Of a stretch of DNA of 64,000 nucleotides, positions 37,558 through 46,834 are shown piece by piece. The notes under the pieces are model-generated. The model was not told the origin of the DNA. It worked only from the letters and a program-made list of their open reading frames with translations, and ran no database searches. Numbering within the stretch: position 1 is the stretch's first letter; every line of letters begins with the position of its first letter. The stretch is from an uncultured Solibacteraceae bacterium (lineage in GTDB: Bacteria; Acidobacteriota; Vicinamibacteria; Vicinamibacterales; SCN-69-37), in the NCBI GenBank assembly GCA_964419785.1, contig CAYQRM010000190.1:31290-95289 (forward strand), in the 5' to 3' direction. The translations under genes were made by a program, and so were the position numbers.

Positions 37558-39996
37558 TCAGCGTTCGATCAGCGCAAGGAGGGGATCGATGCGTACCGCA
37601 CGTCTTGCGGGAATCGCGCAGGCGGCGGCAGCGGAGAGCAGCATCACGCTCGCGACGGCGGCATACGTTGGCAGGTCGAACGGTGTCAGACCGAAGAGCA
37701 AACTGCGGACGAGCGGCGTCGCAAGCGCGGCGACCAGCAACCCTGCAACGAGCCCGGCGCCGACGGGCATCAAGCCTTCGCGAGCGATGAGACGCCACAC
37801 GTCGACATGCGCGGCGCCAAGCGCGATGCGGATCCCGATCTCGCGCGTGCGCCGCATGACCGACTGCGCGACGACGGCGTAGACGCCCATCGCAGCGAGC
37901 ATCAGCGCCACGCCGGCGAAGAGCATCACGAGATCGAGCTGGAAGCGGCGCGTCGCGACCGAGAAAGTGACGAGATCGTCGGCGGACAGAATGCGCGGCG
38001 CCGGCAGGTCTGGCAGTGCTTCTCGAACGACGGCGCGTACGGCCGCGACGATCGATGAGGGATCGGCCGTCGTGCGAACGGCCATCGCGACGTTCGACCG
38101 GAATGTCTGCCAGATCGGCACGTACACCGTGAGGTTCGGCGCTTTCTGCAGGCTCACGTGCACGTCACTGACGATTCCGATGATCTCGACCGGCGGCGCG
38201 TCCGGACCGCCGAGACGGAAGTGCCGTCCGATCGGATTTTCGTGCGGCCAGAGCCTCGCGGCGGTGCCGACCGAGATCAGGCCGACGCGATGGTCGCCGT
38301 CGGCGTCGCGCATCGGCCGTCCGGCGACGACCGCGATGCCCATCGCGTTGAAGTACTCGCCGGTGACGCATCGGTAGTCGGTAATCGGGTGCTCGTCCGT
38401 CGCGACGCTGTTGCTTTCGGCGTAGAGCCCGAGATTGCTGCCTTCGCCCGTGACCGGCAGCTTGTTGGTGACGCCGACCGCGGCCACACCTGGAAGTGCC
38501 TGCACTCGCGCGACGACATCGCGCAGGAGCGCCAGCGCCGTCGTCTCATTCTGAGCGCGCGGGCCCGAAAGCACGAGCGGGACGACGAACGCGTGCTCCG
38601 CGTCGAAGCCTTTGTCGACGTGCATCAGCCGCACGAAGCTTCCGAGCAGCAAGCCGGCGAGGACGAGGCACGACGCGCAGAGCGCAACTTCGACGCCAAT
38701 CAAAACCCGCCTCGCGGTGCCGCCGCGCCTGCTTTCCGTCGCCGACCGGTCGATCGATCGAAGCGCCTCCTGAGGATCGGTCCGCGCGTTCTGCCAGGCG
38801 GGAAGGAAGCCGATGACAATGGCGGTCACGACGACAAGTCCACCGACGAACAGCCAGACGACGGGATCAAGTGTCAACTCGCGAAGCATCGGCAGACCGA
38901 GCGGCGCAGTGACGAGCACCGTGCGCAGCGCCCATGCCGCGATCGCGATGCCGAAGGCGGCACCGAGGATCGTGAGTGCGAGGCTCTCCGCGAGCACGAG
39001 ACGGACGAGATCGCGCGTGCCCGCGCCGAGCGCCGCGCGAATCGCCAGCTCGCGCCGACGGCCCGATGCGCGCGCGAGCAGCACGTTCGACAAGTTGACA
39101 CAAACGATCATGAGCACGGCACCAACCGCGGTGACGAGCATCAGCACGCCGTCGCGCGACCGCGCGGCCACTTGATCGCCGAGCGGCGAGACGATCGCGT
39201 GCAGCTGTCCGTCGGCGCCGGCCGAGTGCGCGATCGCGCGCTCGATGCTGTCGAGGTCCGCTTGCGCCGCGGCAACCGTGACGCCGCGTTTCATGCGCGC
39301 CAGACAGCCATAGTCGAACTCCGACATCGTCACGAGGTCGCTGTCGCGCACGACGAACGGACGCCACAGGTCGGCCTCGGCGTCGTTGAACGCCATCTTC
39401 TGCAGCTGGCCTTGCCTCGGCACGCGGACGCCCGGCGGCAGCACGCCGACGATTTCCGACGGCGCATCATCGATCATCACGCGGCGGCCGATGACGCCCG
39501 GATCGCCGCCGAACGCGCGTGTCCACAACGCAAAGCTCAAGATGACGACGCGATCGCGGCCGGGCTGATCGTCGCCCTCGGCAAATACGCGTCCCCACAG
39601 GGGGTGCACGCCGAGGATGCCGAAGAAGTTTGCGGACACGACGCCGGCGTTCACGCGGACGGGCTCGCCGCCGATGGAAAGCTTCGCGCCGCCGCCCGCG
39701 ACGAGCGCGAACGCGTCGAAGGACACGCTGTTCTTGCGCCATTCGAGCACGTCGTGCGCGTTGACCGGAAGCGTCGGGCTGATCGCGGCGAGACGCGGCA
39801 CGGCTTCCTCGATCGACACGAGCCGGTCGGGCGTCGCGTAGGGCAGCGGTCGAAGCCAGACAGCGTTCACGACGCTGAACATGGCGGTGTTCGCGCCGAT
39901 GCCCACCGCCAGCATCGCCACGGCGAGGGCGGCAAATCCGGGCGCGCGCCGGAGGCTGCGGAGCGGTCGCCAGATGTCGATCAAGACGGTGGGCAT
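37558..39996 (-). CDS. ADOP-family duplicated ABC-type permease (MacB/FtsX-like, two FtsX modules)
   Basis: 812 aa. The N-terminus is IWRPLRSLRRAPGFAALAVAMLAVGIGANTAMFS. It has two copies of the pattern TM, periplasmic domain, then three FtsX helices (RELAIRAALGAG... and REIGIRIALGAA...). No adjacent ATPase gene is present. Confidence 0.88.
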   Translation of the reverse strand: MPTVLIDIWRPLRSLRRAPGFAALAVAMLAVGIGANTAMFSVVNAVWLRPLPYATPDRLVSIEEAVPRLAAISPTLPVNAHDVLEWRKNSVSFDAFALVAGGGAKLSIGGEPVRVNAGVVSANFFGILGVHPLWGRVFAEGDDQPGRDRVVILSFALWTRAFGGDPGVIGRRVMIDDAPSEIVGVLPPGVRVPRQGQLQKMAFNDAEADLWRPFVVRDSDLVTMSEFDYGCLARMKRGVTVAAAQADLDSIERAIAHSAGADGQLHAIVSPLGDQVAARSRDGVLMLVTAVGAVLMIVCVNLSNVLLARASGRRRELAIRAALGAGTRDLVRLVLAESLALTILGAAFGIAIAAWALRTVLVTAPLGLPMLRELTLDPVVWLFVGGLVVVTAIVIGFLPAWQNARTDPQEALRSIDRSATESRRGGTARRVLIGVEVALCASCLVLAGLLLGSFVRLMHVDKGFDAEHAFVVPLVLSGPRAQNETTALALLRDVVARVQALPGVAAVGVTNKLPVTGEGSNLGLYAESNSVATDEHPITDYRCVTGEYFNAMGIAVVAGRPMRDADGDHRVGLISVGTAARLWPHENPIGRHFRLGGPDAPPVEIIGIVSDVHVSLQKAPNLTVYVPIWQTFRSNVAMAVRTTADPSSIVAAVRAVVREALPDLPAPRILSADDLVTFSVATRRFQLDLVMLFAGVALMLAAMGVYAVVAQSVMRRTREIGIRIALGAAHVDVWRLIAREGLMPVGAGLVAGLLVAALATPLVRSLLFGLTPFDLPTYAAVASVMLLSAAAACAIPARRAVRIDPLLALIER

Positions 39997-40067
39997 GCTT
40001 CGTTAGACGAGCCTTCGATAGCGCGTGTTGGCAGCCGAAACCGGCGCTAGAATACGGCTCGACTTCC

Positions 40068-40649
40068 ATGAAACGCCGGACGGTGCTCCAGTCAATTGCC
40101 GCGTTCGTGGCGGTGCGGCCGTTCACGCGGTTGCGGCTGTTCGCCCAGAACTCAATAAGCGACGCGGACGTCGCCACGCTCAAGGCGATCGCCGAGGTCA
40201 CGCTGCCGGCCTCGGCGGGTGCCGCTGGTCGCGACCAGGCCGTCGAGCACTTCGTCGGCTGGGTGCGTAATTACAAGGAAGGAGCGGACCGCGGGCACGG
40301 CTACGGCAACTCGCAGCTCTCGCCGCCCACCGGACCGTCGCCGGCGGCGCGTTATCCCGCGCAGTTCGCCGCGCTCGACAAGGCGGCGGCCGATCAGGGC
40401 GCCGCGTCGTTTGCCAAGCTGCCCGTTGCGGCGCGGCGCGCGATCGTCGAGTCCGCGCTCAACACGCCACAGCCGGTGACGCGGCTGCCGGCGCGGCCTA
40501 CCGGCGCCAATCTCATTGCCGACTTCATGGGCTTGTACTTCAACAGCGCCGAGGCCGTTGATCTCTGCTATCGCGCGGCGATCGAGCGCGACACTTGCCG
40601 CGGTCTCGAAAATTCCGAGCAGGCGCCGCGGTCGCTCGGAGGGCAGTAG
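40068..40649 (+). CDS. gluconate 2-dehydrogenase subunit 3-like small subunit with Tat signal
   Basis: The N-terminus MKRRTVLQSIAAFVAV is twin-arginine-like. It is 193 aa and lies immediately upstream (2-nt gap) of a GMC flavoprotein, as in membrane-associated FAD dehydrogenase complexes. Confidence 0.7.
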   Translation: MKRRTVLQSIAAFVAVRPFTRLRLFAQNSISDADVATLKAIAEVTLPASAGAAGRDQAVEHFVGWVRNYKEGADRGHGYGNSQLSPPTGPSPAARYPAQFAALDKAAADQGAASFAKLPVAARRAIVESALNTPQPVTRLPARPTGANLIADFMGLYFNSAEAVDLCYRAAIERDTCRGLENSEQAPRSLGGQ

Positions 40650-40651
40650 CC

Positions 40652-42232
40652 ATGGCGCGCTACGAAGCAGACGTCGTGGTGATCGGCGGTGGCGTGACCG
40701 GCGCGATGATGGCGCAGAAGCTGTCCGAGCTTCGACCCAACTGGTCGATCATCGTCGTCGAAGCGGGCAAGCGGCTGTTCGATTTCGAGAGTCGCTTCGA
40801 GTACCGCCAGCGCAATTTGGATTACGGCGAGAACCAGTGGCCGGGAGACTTCGTCGCCGATCAAACGGCGCGCGGCGTGATTTCGCGCGCGATGGCGGTC
40901 GGCGGATCCGCGCTGCACTGGGGCGGCGTCTGCAATCGATTTTCTGAAGAAGATACGCGGCTCAAATCGATGTACGGCCTCGCCGTCGATTGGCCGATCG
41001 AGTGGAAAGAGCTCGAGACGTTCTACTGCGAAGCCGAACGGCGGCTGGGGGTGTCGGGCGAGCCGAGTCCGCTCGCCGAAGATTGGCGGTCGGAGCCGTA
41101 TCCGATGCCGGCGATGCCGATGACGTTCAACATGGTCCAGCTCAAGGGCTGGGCCGAGAAGAGCGGCATCAAGTTCTGGACGACGCCGCAGGCGAAGAAC
41201 ACGGTCGACGGGTACGGCGGACGCGGCAAGTGCCGTCGCTGCAATACGTGCGAAGTGTGTCCAACCGGCGCGCGCTACTCGCCGGACTGGACGTTCAAGC
41301 AGCTGCTCGACGCGAAGAAGATTCAGCTGCACGACCAGACGCTCGTGCGCAAGCTCACGCTCGACGGCTCGACGACGAAGATCGCGTCGGCGCAGGCCGC
41401 GAAGGAAGACGGATCGGACAACAATGTCGAGTACCGCGCGCGCACATTCGTGATTGCGTCCGGCTACTGCTGGAGCTCGCACCTTCTGCTGGTCTCGGCG
41501 AACTCGCGCTTCCCGAATGGTCTCGCCAACACGTCGGATCACGTCGGGCGATACTTGACCGGGCATCTCGCGTATCAGACGCAGATCGATCTCAACGTGA
41601 AGATCTTCCCGGGCATGAACGAGCAACACAGCCTGATCTCGCGTCAATTCTTCCGCTGCCGCACGGATCAGCCGTACGTGCGCCACGACCTTCGCGTGTG
41701 GGAGAGCGCGAGCGGCCGGGCGCCCCAGCTTCGCGACGGATCGGGCAAGCTGCTGCTCGGCGACGATCTGCTCGCCGACTGGCGGTCGCGGACGACGCGC
41801 GGATCGGCGCGTGTGCGCGGGTACTACACGGTCGAGCCCGACAAGGACAGCCGGCTGACGCTCGACGCCTCGACGAAGAATCGCTGGGGCGATCCGCTGC
41901 CCGTGCTGCAGCACAAGATCGACGCTGCCACGGCCGCGCGCGCCGGCGCGACGCGCGATCACTTCCAGACTCTTTTTGCCCAGCTCGCGAAAGCGAACGA
42001 CGGCAAGATGGGCAATCTGTCGGGCCTCAACTATCAGGACCATCCGGCCGGCGGCTGCCGCATGGGCACCGACCCGTCGACCAGCGTCGTCGACAGCCAC
42101 GGCCGCACGCACGATCACGACAATCTCTTCGTCGTCGGCTCGCCGACGCTCCCGACCGGCGGCTGCACCAACGGCACGCTGACCTTCGTCGCGATGACGC
42201 TGCGATCAGCGACCGCGATCGCTGCGAATTAG
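40652..42232 (+). CDS. GMC-family FAD-dependent oxidoreductase
   Basis: Track ORF 40595..42232; the start is ATG 40652. It has the FAD fingerprint DVVVIGGGVTGAMMAQKL and a C-terminal GMC region (HPAGGCRMGTDPSTSVVDSHGRTHDHDNLFVVGSPTLPT). Confidence 0.88.
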   Translation: MARYEADVVVIGGGVTGAMMAQKLSELRPNWSIIVVEAGKRLFDFESRFEYRQRNLDYGENQWPGDFVADQTARGVISRAMAVGGSALHWGGVCNRFSEEDTRLKSMYGLAVDWPIEWKELETFYCEAERRLGVSGEPSPLAEDWRSEPYPMPAMPMTFNMVQLKGWAEKSGIKFWTTPQAKNTVDGYGGRGKCRRCNTCEVCPTGARYSPDWTFKQLLDAKKIQLHDQTLVRKLTLDGSTTKIASAQAAKEDGSDNNVEYRARTFVIASGYCWSSHLLLVSANSRFPNGLANTSDHVGRYLTGHLAYQTQIDLNVKIFPGMNEQHSLISRQFFRCRTDQPYVRHDLRVWESASGRAPQLRDGSGKLLLGDDLLADWRSRTTRGSARVRGYYTVEPDKDSRLTLDASTKNRWGDPLPVLQHKIDAATAARAGATRDHFQTLFAQLAKANDGKMGNLSGLNYQDHPAGGCRMGTDPSTSVVDSHGRTHDHDNLFVVGSPTLPTGGCTNGTLTFVAMTLRSATAIAAN

Positions 42233-42536
42233 ATCACGAAGAGCCTCAACCACGAAGAGCACGAAGGACACGAAGCCGGAAAGAGCGAGGATCGATTCAC
42301 CACGTTAGGGCACACATAGGCTGGTCGTGGCGCCGTCGATCTGACGGCCGCCTTCGGCGGCCCTGGCGAGGATCGACGGCGCGAATCAAATCGCGAGACG
42401 CATGTGGCCGTTTCTTCGGGCTGCTGACGCGGCCAGCCTGCGTGCCCTACGTGGTGTGATGGCCCTCGGAGCGAAGCTGCGGTGCTGTCCGACCTTCGTG
42501 ACCCTTCGTGAGCTTCGTGGTGAATCGCTCTTGATC
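42232..42536. mobile_element. 305-bp foldback / MITE-like non-coding element with imperfect terminal inverted repeats (GATCA...TGATC) of CACGAAG nonamers, flanked by TA on both sides
   Basis: The left end is GATCACGAAGAGCCTCAACCACGAAGAGCACGAAGGACACGAAG. The reverse complement of the right end is GATCAAGAGCGATTCACCACGAAGCTCACGAAGGGTCACGAAG. Further inward there are perfect pairings at 42294-42304/42516-42526 (11 bp) and 42330-42341/42371-42382 (12 bp), plus a central hairpin GGCCGCC-TTC-GGCGGCC at 42346-42362. TA occurs at 42230-42231 and 42537-42538. No ORF looks convincing. Confidence 0.55.
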
Positions 42537-44155
42537 TAGCCCTCGAACTCGAGCGACCGCGCCTGCAGCTCGACGCGCGCTCGAGTGAGGAGCTCCATCA
42601 CGATGCTCGCCGTGATCACGACGCCGAACGCGATCGCCGTGGCCGTCGGGCTCTGGTAAAGCGTCGCGGAAAAGCCCTGCAGCAGCGCGCTGATCACGAA
42701 CATCACGACCATCAGCATGATGATCGAGTTTGCGCGGCGATTGACCTGCATCGGACGCGAGAACGGCAGCTCGGGATCGAGCAGCACGTTGGCCTGAAGC
42801 ACGAGGTGGCTGATGAGGCCGAGCAGCGCGACGTGGACGACGACGTGCCAGACGTTGTGCGACAAATACAGGAAGATCGCGCCGATGAAGAGCAGATACG
42901 GAAGCAAGAAGAACGCGACGAGCACGTTCTTTGCCGACCGGATGATGCGCAGCCGATCGGCCGGACACGCGAAGAATATCCACGATGCGCGAAACGCGTC
43001 GCTGCGCGTGAGCGCCGGCTTCAGCATCGACGGAAACATCAGCACCGCGACGGTCACGAACGACAGGCCTCTGCCCGCCGACGCGACGAACGGATCGTGC
43101 AGGTTGCCGTCGCGCACGCCCATGACCACATAGATCAGCGTCAGCGGCAGGATGCTGAGGATGCCCATCCGAAAGCGCTGGTCGTTGCGGAACTGGCTGC
43201 GGACGAGCACGGCCACGGCGCGTGCCTCGCCCGCGCGAAACCACCAGCCGCCACGCGATCGCCCCGCTTTTGCCGGCCGTGCCGGTTTGCTCGACGCCGC
43301 GATCGCCGCCAGCCGATCCGAGTAGCTGAGCGACAACCGGCCGCCCAGGCCCGCGACGAGCCCGACGAGCAATCCGACCGACAGCAGGATGGCGACGAAC
43401 TCGATTGGCACCAACCGTCCGGTTGCCGCGTCGAGATACGCCGCGAACCACATCGGCGGCACGAACAGCATCCACCACGCCTTCGGCAGCGACACCGACG
43501 TCAGCGCCAGCGAGCGCGACAACTGCGACATCAGAAAGTACCCGCCGTAGATCAGAAAGCTCATCGCGAGCTGGACGTATGACAGCGCGCGCTTCAGCGC
43601 GTCGGCGCCGACGATGTTCATCAGCCAGCCATAGCCGAAGAGGATCGAGAAGGCCGTGAAGAACGAGCAGCCATAGAGCGCCGCAATCCCGGCGACGCCG
43701 ACCAGCGCGCCGTGCCGGATGAACAGCGACACCGCGGGCAAGTACGCGGTCAGCGTCGTGATACCCGTCGTGTAGACGAGCGCGTTGGCGAGCCGCGACG
43801 CGAAATACGTGCGCGACGAGACAGGACGAAATCCGAGGATCGCGTAGTCCTTCGGCGACGTCAGCGCTGAATTGTGATCGAGCAGTACCGTGGTCCCCAC
43901 CATGAACGTGACGTACGTGGTGAGCACGGTCCCGGCGAGAAACAAATCGCGCGTCGCCCAGATGACGATCGCCATGAACAGGCCGTAGACCGAGTAGAAG
44001 ATGGCCTGGCTGACGAGCACGGCCGTGCTGCGCGCGCCGGCGCCGAAGCGCGATCGCCCGAATGACCCGCCGCGGAAGTCGAGCTTGAGTGCGACCAGCG
44101 TGAGCGCCTTCCACTGGTCGTAGTCGACGCCCAAGGCTGCCGCGATTCGCCTCAT
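42536..44155 (-). CDS. polytopic membrane protein, putative ABC exporter permease partner
   Basis: 539 aa with at least 12 hydrophobic helices. Its start overlaps the stop of the upstream ABC ATPase by 4 nt. It resembles the 'putative ABC exporter' type of permease, but the family call is tentative. Confidence 0.6.
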   Translation of the reverse strand: MRRIAAALGVDYDQWKALTLVALKLDFRGGSFGRSRFGAGARSTAVLVSQAIFYSVYGLFMAIVIWATRDLFLAGTVLTTYVTFMVGTTVLLDHNSALTSPKDYAILGFRPVSSRTYFASRLANALVYTTGITTLTAYLPAVSLFIRHGALVGVAGIAALYGCSFFTAFSILFGYGWLMNIVGADALKRALSYVQLAMSFLIYGGYFLMSQLSRSLALTSVSLPKAWWMLFVPPMWFAAYLDAATGRLVPIEFVAILLSVGLLVGLVAGLGGRLSLSYSDRLAAIAASSKPARPAKAGRSRGGWWFRAGEARAVAVLVRSQFRNDQRFRMGILSILPLTLIYVVMGVRDGNLHDPFVASAGRGLSFVTVAVLMFPSMLKPALTRSDAFRASWIFFACPADRLRIIRSAKNVLVAFFLLPYLLFIGAIFLYLSHNVWHVVVHVALLGLISHLVLQANVLLDPELPFSRPMQVNRRANSIIMLMVVMFVISALLQGFSATLYQSPTATAIAFGVVITASIVMELLTRARVELQARSLEFEG

Positions 44156-44919
44156 ACCCTGTCGAGTGCCGAGAGGAATTCGCTCGCGACCTGTCCGACG
44201 TCACGGACGCCCGTAAGATGACTAAAGGCCTCTTCGAGCGTCGCCGTGCCGGTCGACGCGCGGATCTCCACGGCCGTGCCGTCCGCGACCTGCCGGCCGT
44301 CATTGATCACGACGATGCGCGTGCAGATGCGTTCGACGACCTCGAGGATGTGCGAGCAAAACAGGATCGTCCGCCCCTGACCGGCGAGCTTCTTGAGCAG
44401 CTCCTTCATGACCGCCGCGGCGTTAGCGTCGAGGCCATCGAGCGGCTCGTCGAGAAACAGCACTTCGGGGCGATGCAACAGCGCCGAAGCAATGAGCACC
44501 TTCTGACGCATGCCCTTAGAGAATTCCGTCATGCGTTGATCGACCACCGCGCCGAGCCCGAAGAGATCGAGCAGCTCCGTTCGGCGTGTGGCCGACGTTT
44601 TCGGATCGAGGTGATGCAGGCACCCGACGAGCTCGAGATACTCCGACGCCGTCAGGCCGTCGTAGAGCGCCGCGGTTTCCGGCACGTAGCCGATGCGCTT
44701 CTTCACTTCGAGCGGATCGGTCGCGATGTCGAAGCCCGCGACGACCGCCCGACCGCTCGTCGGACGAATCATCCCCGTGAGGATCTTCACGGTGGTCGAC
44801 TTGCCGGCGCCGTTCGGACCGAGAAAACCGAGAATCTCGCCGGGTGCGACCGACAGCGACAAGTCGACGAGCGCGCGTTTCTCGCCGTAGCTCTTCGAGA
44901 GATGCTCCGTCTGAATCAT
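44152..44919 (-). CDS. ABC transporter ATP-binding protein
   Basis: It has Walker A GPNGAGKST, a signature-like FSKGMRQK, Walker B VLFLDEPLDGLD, and the H-loop CSHILE. Confidence 0.92.
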   Translation of the reverse strand: MIQTEHLSKSYGEKRALVDLSLSVAPGEILGFLGPNGAGKSTTVKILTGMIRPTSGRAVVAGFDIATDPLEVKKRIGYVPETAALYDGLTASEYLELVGCLHHLDPKTSATRRTELLDLFGLGAVVDQRMTEFSKGMRQKVLIASALLHRPEVLFLDEPLDGLDANAAAVMKELLKKLAGQGRTILFCSHILEVVERICTRIVVINDGRQVADGTAVEIRASTGTATLEEAFSHLTGVRDVGQVASEFLSALDRV

Positions 44920-44929
44920 GCGCGCAACG

Positions 44930-46825
44930 TCACTCGAGGCCGCGTCGCAGGAAGTTGATGTATTCCGCCGGGTCGCGCGTGAGGCCGCCGAAGGTGACGA
45001 CCGGCGTGCCGTCCGGTTTCAGCACGGCGTAGAACGGCAGCGCAACGGTGCCGAACGTCGCCTGCTCGAGTTGCTGATAGCGCCGGTACATCTCGCCTTG
45101 CCCATCGGTGTACAAGCGCAGCCGGACGTAGCGCGCCAGCTCGCGCGAAACGTCCGGACGCGGAAACATGTTCGCTTCCATCCAACGGCAGTTCGTGCAG
45201 GTGTAGCCGGTGAAATCTACCAGCACCGGTTGGCCCGTCTGCCGCGCGTCGGCAAGCGCCTGGTCGTAATCGTTGATGATCCAGCGGAGCTCGGAGCCTG
45301 GCGCCATGCCCGCAAGATCCGCCGGCGGCAAGAACGCCTCGAGCTCGCCGAGCCGATTGCCCGTGAGGCCGCTCGCGAGCCACACCCCGAGCGCCACGCC
45401 CGCGGCGATCGCCGTCCAGCGCGCGATGCCGGGCCGCGAGAGACGCGGCGCGTGCCCCAATCGAATCAGTCCGATCAAATAGAGGACGAGCACAATCGCG
45501 ATCGCCGTCCAGACGAGGAGCACGACCGGCCGCGTGAAGATGCCCCAATGCCACACGAGATCGACGTTCGACAAGAACTTCATCGCCGCGGCGATCTCGA
45601 GCAGCCCCATCACCGCTTTGACCGCGACGAGCCACGGCCCCGAGCGGGGCAGCGACGCGAGCCAGTTCGGAGCGAGCGCGAGCAGCACGAACGGCAGCGC
45701 GAAGACCGTCGAGAACGCGATCATGCCGGCAAGCGGCCACTGCCAGTCGCCTTGCGACGCAACGACGAGCAGTGTGCCGAGGAATGGCGCGGTGCAGGTG
45801 AACGACGTCAGCGTGAACGCGAGGCCCATCAACAGCGTGCCCGCGAAGGCGCCGCGTCCCGAGTCGGCTTTCGCGGCCGCGTTAACCAGGCGCGAGGGCA
45901 GCGCCAGCTCCCAGACGCCGAAGAGACTGAGCGCAAAGGCGAGGAAAAGCGCGGTGACCGCGAGGTTGAGCCAGGGATCGGCGGCGAATCGATTGAGGCC
46001 CGACGCGCCGAACGCGATCGCGAGCGTGAACCCGACGAGCGTGAACGTCAGGACGATGCCGAGGCCGTAGACAAGGGCTTGCACGACAGCCGCACGACGC
46101 GTCTGCCCCGCGCGCCGTGTGAAGTACGAGACGGTGATCGGCACCATCGGAAAGACGCACGGCGTCACAAGCGACAGCGCACCCATCGCGATCGCGAGCC
46201 CCAGATAGGCACCAAGCGTCGTCGCCTTTGAGGATGCGGCGAGATCGGGGACGACTGCGCGCGTCACCGCAGGCGCGCCAGAGGCTGAGGCGGCGGACGC
46301 GGTGGCGTCCGGTTGTACGTCACTCGCCGGCGCCGGTGCGCCAGTCGATCCGACATCGATCGAGACCTCGAGCTTCTCGTCTTTCGGCGGCAGGCAGACC
46401 TGCGCGTTGCACGCCTGGAAATTTACAGTCAGCCGGAAGGGTGTCCGACCGAGCGGCGCATCTGCCGCGATCGTCAACGGCAGAGTGACGGTTGCGGCAT
46501 CTTCGTGATACTGGGTCGTCGCACCGAAGTTCGGGTCGAACTTCTGGATCGGCGCCGATTCGGTGATCGCTCCGGCCAGGCTGAATGGGCCGCTCTTGTC
46601 GATCGTGAGCGTGAGTGGCGCCGGCCCTGGCGGCTGCGTCAAGCCATACAAATGCCAGCCATCGTCGATCTTGGCCGAAAGGATGATGGTGAGCGGCTTG
46701 CCCGGGTCGGCTTTTGCGCCGGCCCCGGGCGCGAGCGACCAATGAATCGGGGTCTGCGCAGCCGCCGGGCGCGCCGCGAGCAGCGCGCCCAGAAGGAGTA
46801 CCCACGCGGCCGACCTGACGGGCAC
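44930..46825 (-). CDS. DsbD-family thiol:disulfide interchange protein (N-terminal DsbD-alpha-like, CcdA-type membrane core, C-terminal thioredoxin)
   Basis: It has the signal MPVRSAAWVLLLGALLAARPAAAQ, the N-domain Cys pair FQACNAQVCLPP, the membrane Cys motifs LVTPCVFPMVPI and FTCTAPFLG, and the C-terminal thioredoxin CxxC FTGYTCTNCRWME. Confidence 0.88.
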   Translation of the reverse strand: MPVRSAAWVLLLGALLAARPAAAQTPIHWSLAPGAGAKADPGKPLTIILSAKIDDGWHLYGLTQPPGPAPLTLTIDKSGPFSLAGAITESAPIQKFDPNFGATTQYHEDAATVTLPLTIAADAPLGRTPFRLTVNFQACNAQVCLPPKDEKLEVSIDVGSTGAPAPASDVQPDATASAASASGAPAVTRAVVPDLAASSKATTLGAYLGLAIAMGALSLVTPCVFPMVPITVSYFTRRAGQTRRAAVVQALVYGLGIVLTFTLVGFTLAIAFGASGLNRFAADPWLNLAVTALFLAFALSLFGVWELALPSRLVNAAAKADSGRGAFAGTLLMGLAFTLTSFTCTAPFLGTLLVVASQGDWQWPLAGMIAFSTVFALPFVLLALAPNWLASLPRSGPWLVAVKAVMGLLEIAAAMKFLSNVDLVWHWGIFTRPVVLLVWTAIAIVLVLYLIGLIRLGHAPRLSRPGIARWTAIAAGVALGVWLASGLTGNRLGELEAFLPPADLAGMAPGSELRWIINDYDQALADARQTGQPVLVDFTGYTCTNCRWMEANMFPRPDVSRELARYVRLRLYTDGQGEMYRRYQQLEQATFGTVALPFYAVLKPDGTPVVTFGGLTRDPAEYINFLRRGLE

Positions 46826-46834
46826 GAGCCGATC

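Noticed and set aside
42346-42362. The central hairpin considered as a canonical C(UUCG)G tetraloop.
   Set aside because: Counting bases gives a 7-bp stem GGCCGCC/GGCGGCC with a 3-nt TTC loop (or 6 bp with a 5-nt loop). The register needed for a cUUCGg tetraloop creates a C-C mismatch.
42327-42400. The nested hairpins in the 42.3-kb palindrome considered as a tRNA, riboswitch or known ribozyme.
   Set aside because: It has no T-loop (GTTCGAATC-like) or anticodon-arm geometry, and I recognise no known riboswitch consensus. The region lies at convergent 3-prime ends rather than in a 5-prime leader.
38158-46231. Large ORFs 38158..40050 (+), 40568..42118 (-), 40990..42459 (+), 42447..44303 (-) and 44918..46231 (+).
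   Set aside because: Each is antisense or out of frame to a gene with clear family motifs (ADOP permease, GMC oxidoreductase, ABC ATPase, DsbD-like). Two of them also read through the non-coding palindromic element at 42232-42536.
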